A stretch of 64,000 bases of DNA from Alphaproteobacteria bacterium (GTDB taxonomy: Bacteria; Pseudomonadota; Alphaproteobacteria; SP197): the NCBI GenBank assembly GCA_964291415.2, contig OZ219917.1, forward strand, positions 160,001-224,000, read 5' to 3'. The position numbers were made by a program, and so were the translations under genes. A model generated the notes under the pieces. It worked only from the letters and a program-made list of their open reading frames with translations. It had not been told where the DNA came from and ran no database searches. Positions 28,663-39,458 of this stretch are shown here, piece after piece; positions within the stretch are counted from its first letter, which is position 1, and every line of letters begins with the position of its first letter.

Positions 28663-29922
28663 ATGACCGGTGAGGCGACAGGTCTGCTCCATGGCGATGC
28701 GGCGGCTCTTCCCGGCGCCGGCAGCGCGTGGATCGATTCGCTGCGCCAGTCCGGCGCCAGGAGATTCTCCGGCCTGGGCCTGCCGACGCGCAAGGTCGAG
28801 GACTGGAAGTACACCGACCTCAGGTCGCTCTCCGGATCAACCTGGGATCTGCCTGCGAAGCCGGCGGATCCGCCTGACATCGGGGATGACGCGTCGGCGG
28901 TTCTCGTCAACGGCTGCTGGATGGAGGGCCAACGTCCGTTGCCGGACGGTGTCGAGCTGGTGTCGCTGGCCCGTGCCATCGAGGAGGGAGACGACGTCGT
29001 CAGACGCCATCTGGGGAGCGTCGCCAGCCTCGCCCGCAAGCACTTCGTCGCTCTCAACACCGCCTGGCTCGCCGACGGACTGGTTCTCAAGGTCGCCGAT
29101 GGCGTCGCCGTCGACGAACCGCTCAAGATCACCCTTGCCGGGGCTCCCGGCACCCGGCGCCTGGCGTGGCATCCGCGCAACCTCATCGTGCTGGGACGCG
29201 AGGCATCGCTCACCCTGGTTGTCCGCCATGCCGGCACGGGCGACTACCTTGCCAACCTGGTCGAGGAGATCGTGCTGGACCGCGGAGCCCGGTTGCGTCA
29301 CTACCGGGTGCAGGACGACTCGCCCGACGCCGTCAACGTCTCGACGACGGAAGTGAAAGTCGCCGGCGATGCCGCGTACGAGAGCTTCGTGCTGGCTACG
29401 GGAGCCGGAACGGGACGCAACCAGATTGCCGTCGAACTCTCGGAACCCGGGGCTTCGGTCCGTCTGGACGGGGCCTGCATGGGCCGCCGTCGCCAGCAGC
29501 TCGACACCACCACCGTCATCGACCATGCCGCACCGCAGTGCACCAGCCGCGAAGCCTACCGCTACATCCTGGACGACAGCGCGAAGGGCGTCTTCCAGGG
29601 GCGGGTCATCGTGCGCAAGCATGCCGGCGGCACCGACAGCCACCAGTCGAGCAAGACCCTGCTGCTCTCCGCCAAGTCCGGAGTGGACGCCAAGCCGGAA
29701 CTGGAAATCTATGCCGACGATGTCGCCTGCGGTCACGGGGCGACGGTCGGCGAGATCGATCAGGACGCGCTCTTCTACCTGCGCAGCCGGGGCATCCCCC
29801 TCGACGAGGCGCGCGACCTCCTCATCGGCGCCTTCATCGAGGGCGCCCTGGAGACCATCGCGTCGCGTGAGGCGCAGGCGTTGATCCGCGATCATGCCCT
29901 GGCCTGGAGGACGCGGGCATGA
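28663..29922 (+). CDS. sufD: Fe-S cluster assembly protein SufD
   Basis: EDWKYTDL, KPELEIYADDVACGHGATVG, LFYLRSRGI. Confidence 0.96.
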   Translation: MTGEATGLLHGDAAALPGAGSAWIDSLRQSGARRFSGLGLPTRKVEDWKYTDLRSLSGSTWDLPAKPADPPDIGDDASAVLVNGCWMEGQRPLPDGVELVSLARAIEEGDDVVRRHLGSVASLARKHFVALNTAWLADGLVLKVADGVAVDEPLKITLAGAPGTRRLAWHPRNLIVLGREASLTLVVRHAGTGDYLANLVEEIVLDRGARLRHYRVQDDSPDAVNVSTTEVKVAGDAAYESFVLATGAGTGRNQIAVELSEPGASVRLDGACMGRRRQQLDTTTVIDHAAPQCTSREAYRYILDDSAKGVFQGRVIVRKHAGGTDSHQSSKTLLLSAKSGVDAKPELEIYADDVACGHGATVGEIDQDALFYLRSRGIPLDEARDLLIGAFIEGALETIASREAQALIRDHALAWRTRA

Positions 29923-31172
29923 CGATGACCGCCGCCGTCGCCGAAACCGGCATCGCCTTCGACCCCTCCCTCGTGCGGGCGGACTTTCCCATCCTCTCGC
30001 GCCAGGTGCGCGGCCGCCCGCTGGTCTATCTCGACAGCGCCGCCAGCGCCCAGAAGCCCCGCCACGTCATCGACGCCGAACGCCGCCTCTACGAGGAGGA
30101 GTACGCGAACGTCCATCGCGGCGTGCACTGGCTCTCCCAGGCCGCCACCGAGAGGTTCGAGGAGGCACGCGAAGCGGTCCGCCGCTTCATCAATGCCGCC
30201 GCGGACCGGGAAGTGGTCTTCGTGCGCGGCGGCACCGAGGGCATCAACCTGGTGGCGCAAAGCTGGGGACGGTCCAACCTCAAGGAAGGCGACAGGATCC
30301 TGATCTCGACTCTCGAGCACCACGCGAACATCGTGCCGTGGCACCTGCTTGCCGCCGAGAGAGGGCTCGAGGTCGAGGGGATTCCCATTTTCGACGACGG
30401 CCAGATCGACATGGAAGCCTATCGCCGCCTGCTCGATCGCCCGGTGAAACTGGTGGCTCTCACCCAGATGTCCAACGCGCTCGGCATCATCACGCCTGCC
30501 GCCGAGATGATCCGCATGGCCCACGATGCCGGCGCACTCGTCATGCTGGACAGCTGCCAGGCGATCAGCCACGGCGCGGTGGATGTCCAGGGCCTGGACT
30601 GCGACTTCATGGTCTTTTCCGGCCACAAGATCTACGGACCGACGGGCATCGGCGTCCTCTACGGCAAGGCCGAACTTCTCGAAGAGATGCCGCCCTGGCA
30701 GGGCGGCGGCGAAATGATCGCCCGGGTCACCATGGAACGCTCGACCTTCAAGGGCATTCCCCACCGCTTCGAGGCCGGCACCCCGGCGATCGCCCAGGCC
30801 GTCGGGCTCAAGGCCGCCCTCGACTATGTCACGGCTCTCGGCATCGAGAGCATCGCCGACCACGAGGCCATGCTGCGTGCATATGCCGTGGAACGTCTTT
30901 CGGCCATCGAGGGCCTCAACATCCTGGGCACCCATCCCGCCGCAGCGGCCATCGTCTCGTTCAACCTTGACGGCATCCACCCCCACGATGTCGGCACCAT
31001 CGTTGATCACGAAGGTGTCGCGGTGCGCGTCGGTCACCACTGCGCCCAGCCCCTGATGGACCGTTTCGACGTCGCTGCCACGGTGCGCGCCTCGTTCGCC
31101 CTCTACAACACCACCGACGAAGTCGACGCGCTGGCGACGGCGCTGGAACAGACGAGGACGCTGTTTTCGTGA
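29919..31172 (+). CDS. sufS: Cysteine desulfurase SufS
   Basis: YLDSAASAQKP, FSGHKIYGPTG, RVGHHCAQP. Confidence 0.97.
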   Translation: MTMTAAVAETGIAFDPSLVRADFPILSRQVRGRPLVYLDSAASAQKPRHVIDAERRLYEEEYANVHRGVHWLSQAATERFEEAREAVRRFINAAADREVVFVRGGTEGINLVAQSWGRSNLKEGDRILISTLEHHANIVPWHLLAAERGLEVEGIPIFDDGQIDMEAYRRLLDRPVKLVALTQMSNALGIITPAAEMIRMAHDAGALVMLDSCQAISHGAVDVQGLDCDFMVFSGHKIYGPTGIGVLYGKAELLEEMPPWQGGGEMIARVTMERSTFKGIPHRFEAGTPAIAQAVGLKAALDYVTALGIESIADHEAMLRAYAVERLSAIEGLNILGTHPAAAAIVSFNLDGIHPHDVGTIVDHEGVAVRVGHHCAQPLMDRFDVAATVRASFALYNTTDEVDALATALEQTRTLFS

Positions 31173-31621
31173 TGGACGATCTGCGCGAACTCTACCAGGA
31201 AGTGATCCTCGATCACGGCAGGAACCCGAGGAACTGCCGCCATCCGGAGGATCACAACCACGCGGCGGAGGGCGACAACCCGATGTGCGGTGATCGCCTG
31301 ACGGTCTACCTGAAGATCGACGATGACGGGACCATCCGGGACGCGGCCTTCGAGGGCCGCGGCTGCGCCATTTCCATTGCCTCGGCCTCGATCATGACGG
31401 AGATGCTTCCGGGCCTGAAGGAGGCTGATGCGCGCCACCTCTTCGACTGCTTCCACCACCTCGTCACGGGCCAGGACATCAACGGCTACGATGGCGATCT
31501 CGACAAGCTGGTCGTCATGTCGGGCGTGCGCAACTTTCCCGTGCGGATCAAGTGCGCGACCCTCGCCTGGCACGCCATGACGGCCGCCATGGAGGGCCGG
31601 GCCACGGCCACGACGGAGTAG
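31169..31621 (+). CDS. sufU: SufU/NifU-like protein
   Basis: YQEVILDH, NPMCGD, GCAISIASAS, RIKCATLAW. Confidence 0.95.
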   Translation: MMDDLRELYQEVILDHGRNPRNCRHPEDHNHAAEGDNPMCGDRLTVYLKIDDDGTIRDAAFEGRGCAISIASASIMTEMLPGLKEADARHLFDCFHHLVTGQDINGYDGDLDKLVVMSGVRNFPVRIKCATLAWHAMTAAMEGRATATTE

Positions 31622-31624
31622 GAC

Positions 31625-32029
31625 ATGGGTTCTGACAACGAACAGGGGACCGCACCCGCCGGCTTCCACGAGAGCTGGACACCCGAGGCGGAGGTCGATC
31701 CCCACAGCATTCCCCAGGCGGAAGGCGAGCCGCTGATCGGCGACATCGTCGATTCCATCCGCACGGTGTACGATCCGGAGATTCCGGTGAACATCTACGA
31801 TCTGGGTCTCGTCTATGCTATCGATTCGAAGCCTGACGGCACGGTGAAGATCGAGATGACGCTCACCACGCCGGGCTGCCCGGTGGCGGAGGACATTCCC
31901 ATCTGGATACGCGATGCCGTCTCACGCGTGGAAGGCGCGAAGGACGTCTTCGTCGACATCGTCTGGGACCCTCCCTGGGATCCGTCGATGATGTCGGATT
32001 ACGCAAGGATCGAACTGGGCTTCTACTGA
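31625..32029 (+). CDS. sufT: DUF59/SufT-like Fe-S assembly protein
   Basis: VYDPEIPVNIYDLGL, TLTTPGCPVA, WDPPW. Confidence 0.9.
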   Translation: MGSDNEQGTAPAGFHESWTPEAEVDPHSIPQAEGEPLIGDIVDSIRTVYDPEIPVNIYDLGLVYAIDSKPDGTVKIEMTLTTPGCPVAEDIPIWIRDAVSRVEGAKDVFVDIVWDPPWDPSMMSDYARIELGFY

Positions 32030-32059
32030 GCCCTGATGAGGACTGGAGAGGAAGCAGCC

Positions 32060-32404
32060 ATGTTCGCAACACCCGGCAAGGATCTCATGACCCTGACCGA
32101 CCGCGCCGCCGAGCGCGTCAAGGCGCTGATGCGCCTCAACGAGAACGCGATCGGGCTCAAGGTCGGAATCAAGATGGCCGGATGCAGCGGCTTTTCCTAC
32201 ACGATGGACTATGCCGAGGAAGAGACCGGCCGGGAGGACAAGATCGAATCGAAGGGTGTCCGGCTCTTCATCGATCCCACCGCCTCGATGTTCCTGCTCG
32301 GGACCGAACTCGACTGGCATGAGGACCAGTTGGAGAGCCGCTTCGTCTTCAACAATCCGAACGTGAAGGGCATGTGCGGTTGCGGTGAATCGTTCACCGT
32401 CTGA
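32060..32404 (+). CDS. sufA: A-type Fe-S carrier (SufA/IscA/HesB)
   Basis: GCSGFSY, FNNPN..CGCGESF. Confidence 0.93.
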   Translation: MFATPGKDLMTLTDRAAERVKALMRLNENAIGLKVGIKMAGCSGFSYTMDYAEEETGREDKIESKGVRLFIDPTASMFLLGTELDWHEDQLESRFVFNNPNVKGMCGCGESFTV

Positions 32405-32430
32405 AGACCCCGTTTCCGGACATTTTCGTC

Positions 32431-34365
32431 GTGCGCCGTTCCTGCCTTGCCGTCCTGGCGGTCGTTCTCGGCACGATCGTCCCGGCGCAGGCTGACATTC
32501 CTCCCCTGGGCGAGGACGACCTCGCCCGCTACCAGTCCGCCTTCTACCACGCCAAGAAGAACCAGTGGCGCGATGCGGCGATCTGGGCCTCCAGGGCCTC
32601 CGATCCCGTGCTTGTCGACGTCATCGGGTGGATGCGGATGAAGGACGACTGGCGGGCCCCCTTCCACGACATCCAGGCTTTCCTGGAAACCCATCCTGAC
32701 TGGCCGTCGCAGGACATGCTGCGCCGCAACGCCGAGGGCGCCATGCCGGACGCTCTCGAGAGCGGCGACGTGATCGCCCACTTCACGCGATGGCCGCCGC
32801 TCACCGACCGGGGCATCCTGCGCCATGTCGAGGCCCTCCTCGATACCGGCCGCGAGAGCGAGGCCCGTGCGGCGGTCCTCGATGCCTGGCGGCACCACAC
32901 GTTCAGGACATCGGATGAACGGACCTTTCTCAGGAGGTACGGCGCCTGGCTTCAACCCGAGGACCATCGGACGCGCGTCGACCGGCTGATCTGGCAGGGC
33001 GACACCGCCGCGGCGCGGCGCATTCTCCCCCGCCTCAAGGACGACGGGCTCGCCGCTCTGGGCGAGGCGCGCATACGCCTGAAGAACCGGGAATGGGGCG
33101 TGGACGCCGCGATCGCCGCGGTCCCGGCGCATCTCGTCGATGACGAGGCACTGCTCTTCGAGCGTGCCGACTGGCGCCTGGGCAGGGGGCGCCATGACGC
33201 TGCGCTGGAACTCGTTCTGCGCCTGCCGCGCGACATCGACCAGCCGGACCGGTGGGCTTTCCAGCGGCTTCGCATTGCCGGCGACCTGATGGCCAGGGGC
33301 GACATGGCCGGGGCTTATGATGTCGTGGCCGATCATCGCCGCCTCCATGGCGCCTTTCACCATCGCGCCGAGTGGCTGGCCGGCTGGATCGCCTTGCGCC
33401 GTCTCGACGACCCCGTCACCGCGCTCGGGCATTTCTCCTGGTTCCATGACCGGGTCAGCCTGCCGATCAGCCTGGCGCGCGGGGCCTACTGGAGCGCCAG
33501 GGCCGCGGAAGCGAGCGGCGATGCGGCGCTGGCCCGCGACTGGTTCAGCCGGGCAGCGGAGCACCCGCAGACCTTCTACGGACAGCTTGCCGCCATGCGC
33601 CAGGGCATCGACGTCACCCTGCCGGCGCCGCCCGTCATCGCCCGGACGGCCTCCGGAAACGGGCTCTTCACGGTTGTCCGCCGGCTGACCGAGGTCAAGG
33701 AATGGCGCCTCGCCGAGACCTTCCTGCAGCACATGGCCAAGAGGACCGAATCGGCTGAAGACCTGGAGGCCATCGCCGCCACCGCACTCGATCTCGAACT
33801 GCCCCACGCGGCCGTCAGGGTGGCGAAGACGGCGGCCGGCAAGGGCGTGGTGATGCCGGCGGCCGGCTATCCCGTCATCGCCCTGCCGGAGACCGGGAGC
33901 ATCGATGCCGACCTGGTGCTGGCCGTCATCAACCGCGAGAGCGAGTTCAACAGGCGCGCCGTCTCGGGCAGCGCGGCCTATGGTCTCATGCAGCTCCGCC
34001 TCGCCACCGCCCGCGCGACCGCCGCGCGGCTGGGTGTCGAGACATCGCGTGAACTGCTTCTCGGGAACTCCCGGCACAACATCAGGCTGGGCACCGCCTA
34101 CCTCAACCGGCTGATCGGAAGCTACCGCGGCTCCCTCGTTCTGGCCCTTGCCGCCTACAACGGCGGATCGGGAAACGTGGGCGTGTGGGTCAGGCGGTCG
34201 GGACGTCCCGACGATGCGGACGTCGATGCCATCGACTGGATCGAGAACATTCCCTTCCGCGAGACGCGAAACTACGTCCAGCGCGTGATCGAGGCCATGC
34301 AGGTCTATCGCATGCTGCGCGGCGAGAAACCCGTCGACCTCTTCCCGGCGACGGGAAGCTCCTGA
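32431..34365 (+). CDS. slt: Soluble lytic transglycosylase (Slt70-like)
   Basis: Signal peptide, helical repeats, RESEF, GLMQL, AAYNGG, IPFRETRNYVQRV. Confidence 0.92.
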   Translation: MRRSCLAVLAVVLGTIVPAQADIPPLGEDDLARYQSAFYHAKKNQWRDAAIWASRASDPVLVDVIGWMRMKDDWRAPFHDIQAFLETHPDWPSQDMLRRNAEGAMPDALESGDVIAHFTRWPPLTDRGILRHVEALLDTGRESEARAAVLDAWRHHTFRTSDERTFLRRYGAWLQPEDHRTRVDRLIWQGDTAAARRILPRLKDDGLAALGEARIRLKNREWGVDAAIAAVPAHLVDDEALLFERADWRLGRGRHDAALELVLRLPRDIDQPDRWAFQRLRIAGDLMARGDMAGAYDVVADHRRLHGAFHHRAEWLAGWIALRRLDDPVTALGHFSWFHDRVSLPISLARGAYWSARAAEASGDAALARDWFSRAAEHPQTFYGQLAAMRQGIDVTLPAPPVIARTASGNGLFTVVRRLTEVKEWRLAETFLQHMAKRTESAEDLEAIAATALDLELPHAAVRVAKTAAGKGVVMPAAGYPVIALPETGSIDADLVLAVINRESEFNRRAVSGSAAYGLMQLRLATARATAARLGVETSRELLLGNSRHNIRLGTAYLNRLIGSYRGSLVLALAAYNGGSGNVGVWVRRSGRPDDADVDAIDWIENIPFRETRNYVQRVIEAMQVYRMLRGEKPVDLFPATGSS

Positions 34366-34402
34366 CCATGACGTGCCATCCGGCGAGCGAAGGACCCGAC
34401 CC

Positions 34403-35009
34403 ATGACCGAAGAAGCAGCTCAACATCATCGATCGCACGCCCCTCGACATGCTGACAAGCCGCCGCTCGGTCCTCGCCGCACGGCTGGCCGAACCGGGCC
34501 CGGACGAGACGGAACTGGCACGCATGCTGGAGGTGGCGGTGCGGGTTCCCGACCACGGACGCGTCACGCCATGGCGCCTGCAGGTCCTCACGCGGCAGGC
34601 GCAGCAGGAACTGGGAGACGCCTTTGCCAAGGAGTTCACGAGGCAGAACCCGGGGGTCCCGGAGGATCGTCTGCACCTCGAGTGGATTCGCCCGCAGCGC
34701 TCTCCGGTCCTCGTCATCGTCTCCAGCCGCATCGTGCCGGACCGCGAGGGCGTCCCTCCGGTCGAGCAGCTGCTGTCGTGCGGCAACGTCTGCTTCAACC
34801 TGCTGCATGCGGCGACGGCCCTGGGCTACGGCGCCCAGTGGGTCACCAACTGGCCGGCCTACAACGAGAACATCAAGGCCGTGCTCGGCATTCCGCCCGA
34901 CGACCACCTGGTCGGCTTCGTCCACATCGGCACCCCGAAGGGTCCTCCCCAGGAACGCCAGCGCCCGGAGATCACCGACGTGGTCTCGCACCTCGACAGC
35001 CTTCCCTGA
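34403..35009 (+). CDS. Nitroreductase (YdjA-like); apparent 1-nt frameshift near the 5' end
   Basis: SRRSV, RVPDHGRVTPWR, GYGAQWVT, GFVHIGTP; ATG 34403 is out of frame by one base. Confidence 0.88.
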
Positions 35010-35134
35010 CAAGTCTCAAGGGCTGCCCCGCCATAGCGGGGCGGCTGCAAGGGTGATGCCCGCCGCAATCTCCCGCTCGGGCAGTTTGATTTCGTTGGCA
35101 AGAGATTCCTTGCCAAGAGTTCCGAACTTATGCG

Positions 35135-35330
35135 CTACTCCAGCGGGGCTGGGTTTACGCACCGGGCCCTGGGTCTTTCCTCAGGGCCAATCGGGAACCA
35201 CGCCGAGTCGTCCTCGTCGTCAGAAAACCAACTGCATGTGGCATCGCCATCCTCGTCAAGGTGGTGACAGTCATGAGGGGGCCACCCGATCCGGCGAACG
35301 GTGTCACCCAGAACAATATCACTCATCGTC
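35135..35330 (-). pseudogene. DUF2158/YodC-like small protein with compensating frameshifts
   Basis: GDTVRR, then SGGPLMTV in a shifted frame, then DEDGDATCSWF: the GDxVxxxSGGPxMTV..CxWF signature. Confidence 0.65.
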
Positions 35331-35849
35331 GATTCTTCCATTGCCTCGGTCACATTTCTTCTTTTCATCTCTTATTTGGGGGCCACGGTTGACGGTGGAG
35401 AAGTTCGCTCTTGCCACCTGCTCCTTGTCATGCCCGGGTGACAATGCTGGAATCAATCCTGCCAAAATGCAGGTGCCCGTCCTCTCGGGCCACCCGTCGA
35501 ATATTGCGGTCCCGGATCGGTATGGGATCGCTCTTCATGACTTGGCGAATTAGGCGAGAACTAACCGCACCGATGTATGATGCACCGCGATACGGCATCG
35601 GCTTGCTGCTGGAAATGACGGCGTCAGTTGATCCACAATCAGGGGCTCATGCCATCGCGCCAACGGATCCTCAATCCACGCCTCCGCCGCCGCGCGGGAA
35701 ATCTGGATGGACCGTCTCTCCCGGTAGGACCGCCCAAGTTCAATGCTTGGCCTCCCGCCATTGGCAAGCACTGCGCCAAATCACGGACGGTGTCGGAATC
35801 GGCGTTGCCAGTGAATGAGACACTACGCCTGCCCGAAAATGGGACCGAA

Positions 35850-36433
35850 GACATGTGCCAAAATGAATTGCCCCTGATCCTCCCATGAAGTCGGAACGCC
35901 TGATCCATCAGACGGGCGACTGACGGCTACATCAACGCCACGGCCATGTGCCAAGCAGTGGGGCGCCCTTGGAATCGATAGACCGGGGGTCAACTCAGGA
36001 CGTCAGGCCGATACCGGTATTCCGGCCTGCAGTTAGAGGTGGCGTCCCAGACTTATGCACATGGGTTCACCCGCATGCACTTGGTCAATGGCTTTCGCCT
36101 CAGTTCGCCGTTCACGGTCAAGTGGGTATTCGAGTGGCTCAACGGTCAGGCAGGAGGTTGCGGCTTCCCGATCAGGCGTACTTGGGACAAGATGCCTCCA
36201 TCGATCTGGACCGAAGGTCACGGCATCTCCACCGTGCCTTGGGCCAGTTCTCTCGGCTCCGAGCAGAGCGCCAGCTTCCCAACTTACCAGCACGAGTTTC
36301 TCGACCATCCCACCGTCGATGCACGCCGTATCCCAACGAAGTGATGACCGAGTTCAACGCAACAATCGCTGAGAAATGGGCGGCTGTCCGGCAGAAAGCG
36401 CGACCAAGCCTCCCTCGAACCCCATCCAGTTAA
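35850..36433 (+). pseudogene. KilA-N (APSES) domain protein remnant
   Basis: TDGYINATAMCQA, TWVHP..LGQWLSPQFAV, WVFEWL, PTYQHEF spread over several frames. Confidence 0.8.
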
Positions 36434-36504
36434 GCCTAAATCAGGTCTGCTGGAAGGCCGCATTAGTCCCAAAATATTGCCAAGGGACGACTGTCCCGAG
36501 CGGA

Positions 36505-38031
36505 ACCTAACTGCCTCGACCGCCGAAGACGGGGACGAGGCCGCACCGTGCTTCATGCCGTCGAAGATCGTAGGAAGAGCCGAAGGCGGCATCTCCACCG
36601 TCGGCCAGCGATCGGCAGCGCCGCCCGGACCTCTTGATCGAGGCGCGTATCCACCGTCACGAGGTCGCCGCCGCTGACATCGATCCGCGGCGTGTGATAG
36701 GCCCCCTCCAGCGTCATGCCGTAATCGACGAGCAGCGACACGAGCTGGAAGATCGCCGGGAAGATGCGGCGGCCACCGGATGCTCCGAGCGCCACGTTGC
36801 CAGCCGGCGATCCCGTCACGATGGTGGGGCACATGTTCGAGAGCGGCTGCCGGCCGGGCGCCATGGAGTTGGGCCGGCCGGATCTCGGATCAAACCACAT
36901 CACACCGTTGTTCATGAGGAGGCCCGTGCGGGGCAGCATGACGCGGCTGCCGAAGACGGAGAGCAGGGTCTGGGTGAGGGCGACCATGTTGCCGTTCCGA
37001 TCAACCACACTGAGGTGCGTCGTGGAACCCTTGCCTTCGGCCCAGCCCATGGTGGCGAGGCGGTGACGATAGGCGGCAAAAAGCGTGTCGGCCCAGGCCT
37101 CGAAGCCGGACGCATCGGGAGCCGACCCTTGCGCACTCCACGAGGCGGCGAGACGGGAGAGCGCATCGATGAGTGTCGGTCCGGCGTTGAGTCCGGGTGG
37201 AACGTTGATCCGGGCACCGCGGTAGGTGTCACGCAACGCCGGTGCGATCGTCGCCTCGCAGCGCCGGAGATCCTCGAGGCCGACCCGTGATCCCGCCTCC
37301 TCGAGATCGGCGACGAGGAGACGGGCGAGATCGCCGTGATAGAAGTCTTGAGCCCCGGCATCGCGCAGCCGTTCCAGGGAGGCGACAAGGGCCTCGTTTT
37401 CGAGAATCGCGAGATCGTCCTGTTCAACGCTCGCCGCCGGCAGACCCCCAGGCAAGAAATGGTCGCGGCTGGTCTGGTAGGCCGCCAGGCCGCGCGCCTC
37501 GAGGGCGATCCTCAGGGTGGTGTGCCAGTCGACCTTGAGACCCCTCTTCGCAAGGTCGATGGCGGGAGCGAGGACTTCCGAAAGCGGCATGGTGCCGAAG
37601 CGCTCGAGGGCGGCGGCCATGCCGGCGGCCTGGGTCGGAACGGCGATCGAGAGCGGCCCCTGGACGTTGCGGTCGTCCTTCACCCGGGGCCAGCCGAAGA
37701 GATCGTCGTCCGCGCCACCGTCTTCCTCGACGGGATAGTCCGCAGGATCGAGGGCCAGCGGGGCACGCGTGTGAAAGTCGACCGCGTGACAGTCGCCGCC
37801 TTCGGCGTCGAGGACCATCATGTAGCCGCAACCGCCCAGCCCGCTCATCCACGGTTCGACCACGCCCAGCGCGAAGCTCGTCGCCACCGCGGCATCGACC
37901 GCGTTGCCTCCGGCCTTGAGGACTTCCGCGCCGACAGCCGACGCCTCGTAGTGCTGGCTGGCGACCACGCCCTCCCGGCTGGCAACGGCCGGCTTGGTGA
38001 TGCGCCAGGTCTCCTCAAGTGTCCACGTCAT
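36505..38031 (-). CDS. ggt: Gamma-glutamyltransferase family protein; 3' end frameshifted or eroded (end approximate)
   Basis: GGNAVDAAVA, EPWMSGLGG, STTHLSVVDRNGN, GASGGRRI. Confidence 0.88.
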
Positions 38032-38123
38032 GGCTGCCAGGGCTCCGGATGGAAGAATGGAGGATGAACAATAGGTCGGCTATCGTTGCGGCGTCATCCC
38101 CCGTGACGGGAGTTCCCCAGCCG

Positions 38124-39416
38124 ATGAGTCCTTTCAGCAGCACCTTCAAGACGGACCCCTACTGGTGGGACGACGCACCGCCCACCCGTCACGACGTGGA
38201 AACGCTCCCCTCCGACATCGACGTGGCGATCGTCGGCAGCGGCTACACCGGTCTCAACGCCGCCATCGTCCTGGCGCGGGCCGGGCGCAGCGTCATCATC
38301 CTCGAGGCCGAAGAGACCGCCTGGGGGTGCAGTTCACGCAACGGCGGCCAGATCAGCCCCGGCGTCAAGCCCGGCGTCGCCACGCTCGAGCGGCGCTACG
38401 GGCGCGAGGCGGCCCACGCCATCCTCCGCGAGGGGCATGCCAGCCTCGAGTTCCTGGGGGATTTCATCGAAGAGGAAGGCATCGACTGCGACTACGTGCG
38501 TTGTGGCCGCTTCATCGGCGTCCACCGGCCCAACCGCTACGACGCCCTGGCGGCTCATTTCAAGGAATCGTCCAGCGTCGTCCCCTTCGAATGGCACATG
38601 GTTCCACCAGCCGAGACGACGGACGAACTCGGCACCGAGACCTATCACGGAGGCGCCGTGCTGCCGGCCCACGCCAGCCTGCATCCCGCCCGCTACGCCG
38701 CAGGCCTCGCCGAGCGAGCGACCAGGGCGGGGGCGGTCATCGCCACGAGCACCGAGGTCAATGGCATCGCGGCCGAAGACGGTCACGTCACGGTCAGCAC
38801 CCGTCGCGGCGCCATCCGGGCCCGGGACGTCATCGTCGCCACCAACGGCTACACCGGAAGGACGACACCCGGACTGCAGCGGCGCGTCATCCCCATCGGC
38901 AGCTACGTCATCGCCACCGAGCCGCTGGAGCCTGCCGTCATGGAGCGCATCATGCCGAAGAAGCGGGTGATCTCCGACACCCGCAAGGTGGTCTACTACT
39001 ACCGGCCGTCCCCCGATCACACGAGGGTGGTGTTCGGCGGCCGCGTCGCCCTGGGCGAATCCGACCCGCGCGTCAGCGCGCCACGCCTCCACAACGTCAT
39101 GACCGGCCTCTTTCCGGAACTCGGAAACGTCGGGATCTCGCACAGCTGGATGGGATTCGTCGCCTACACCTTCGATGAAATCCCGCACATCGGTCAACGC
39201 GACGGAGTCTGGTTCTCGACCGGCTACTGCGGGTCCGGTGTCGCCTGGGCGAGCTATCTCGGACACCGCCTGGGCCACAAGGTCCTGGGGAACGCCGAGG
39301 GCCGCACGGCCTTCGACGACATGCCCTTCCCGACCCGTCCGCTCTACACCGGCAAACCCTGGTTCCTCGGCTTCGCCCTTGCCTGGCACAAGACGATGGA
39401 CCGCTGGGGTCCCTGA
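38124..39416 (+). CDS. FAD-dependent oxidoreductase (DAO/PuuB-like)
   Basis: IVGSGYTGL, SSRNGG, ATNGYT, GYCGSGV. Confidence 0.9.
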   Translation: MSPFSSTFKTDPYWWDDAPPTRHDVETLPSDIDVAIVGSGYTGLNAAIVLARAGRSVIILEAEETAWGCSSRNGGQISPGVKPGVATLERRYGREAAHAILREGHASLEFLGDFIEEEGIDCDYVRCGRFIGVHRPNRYDALAAHFKESSSVVPFEWHMVPPAETTDELGTETYHGGAVLPAHASLHPARYAAGLAERATRAGAVIATSTEVNGIAAEDGHVTVSTRRGAIRARDVIVATNGYTGRTTPGLQRRVIPIGSYVIATEPLEPAVMERIMPKKRVISDTRKVVYYYRPSPDHTRVVFGGRVALGESDPRVSAPRLHNVMTGLFPELGNVGISHSWMGFVAYTFDEIPHIGQRDGVWFSTGYCGSGVAWASYLGHRLGHKVLGNAEGRTAFDDMPFPTRPLYTGKPWFLGFALAWHKTMDRWGP

Positions 39417-39458
39417 CGCAGTGGAAAGCCGCCGGCCGACCGGATAGGGTCGCGCTCC

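Noticed and set aside
32209-34404. Long antisense or alternate-frame ORFs (e.g. 731 aa here; also 9252-11231, 38334-40520, 53493-55250, 61835-63547)
   Set aside because: Shadows of real genes caused by high-GC codon bias; no motifs and Arg/Gly/Pro-rich composition.
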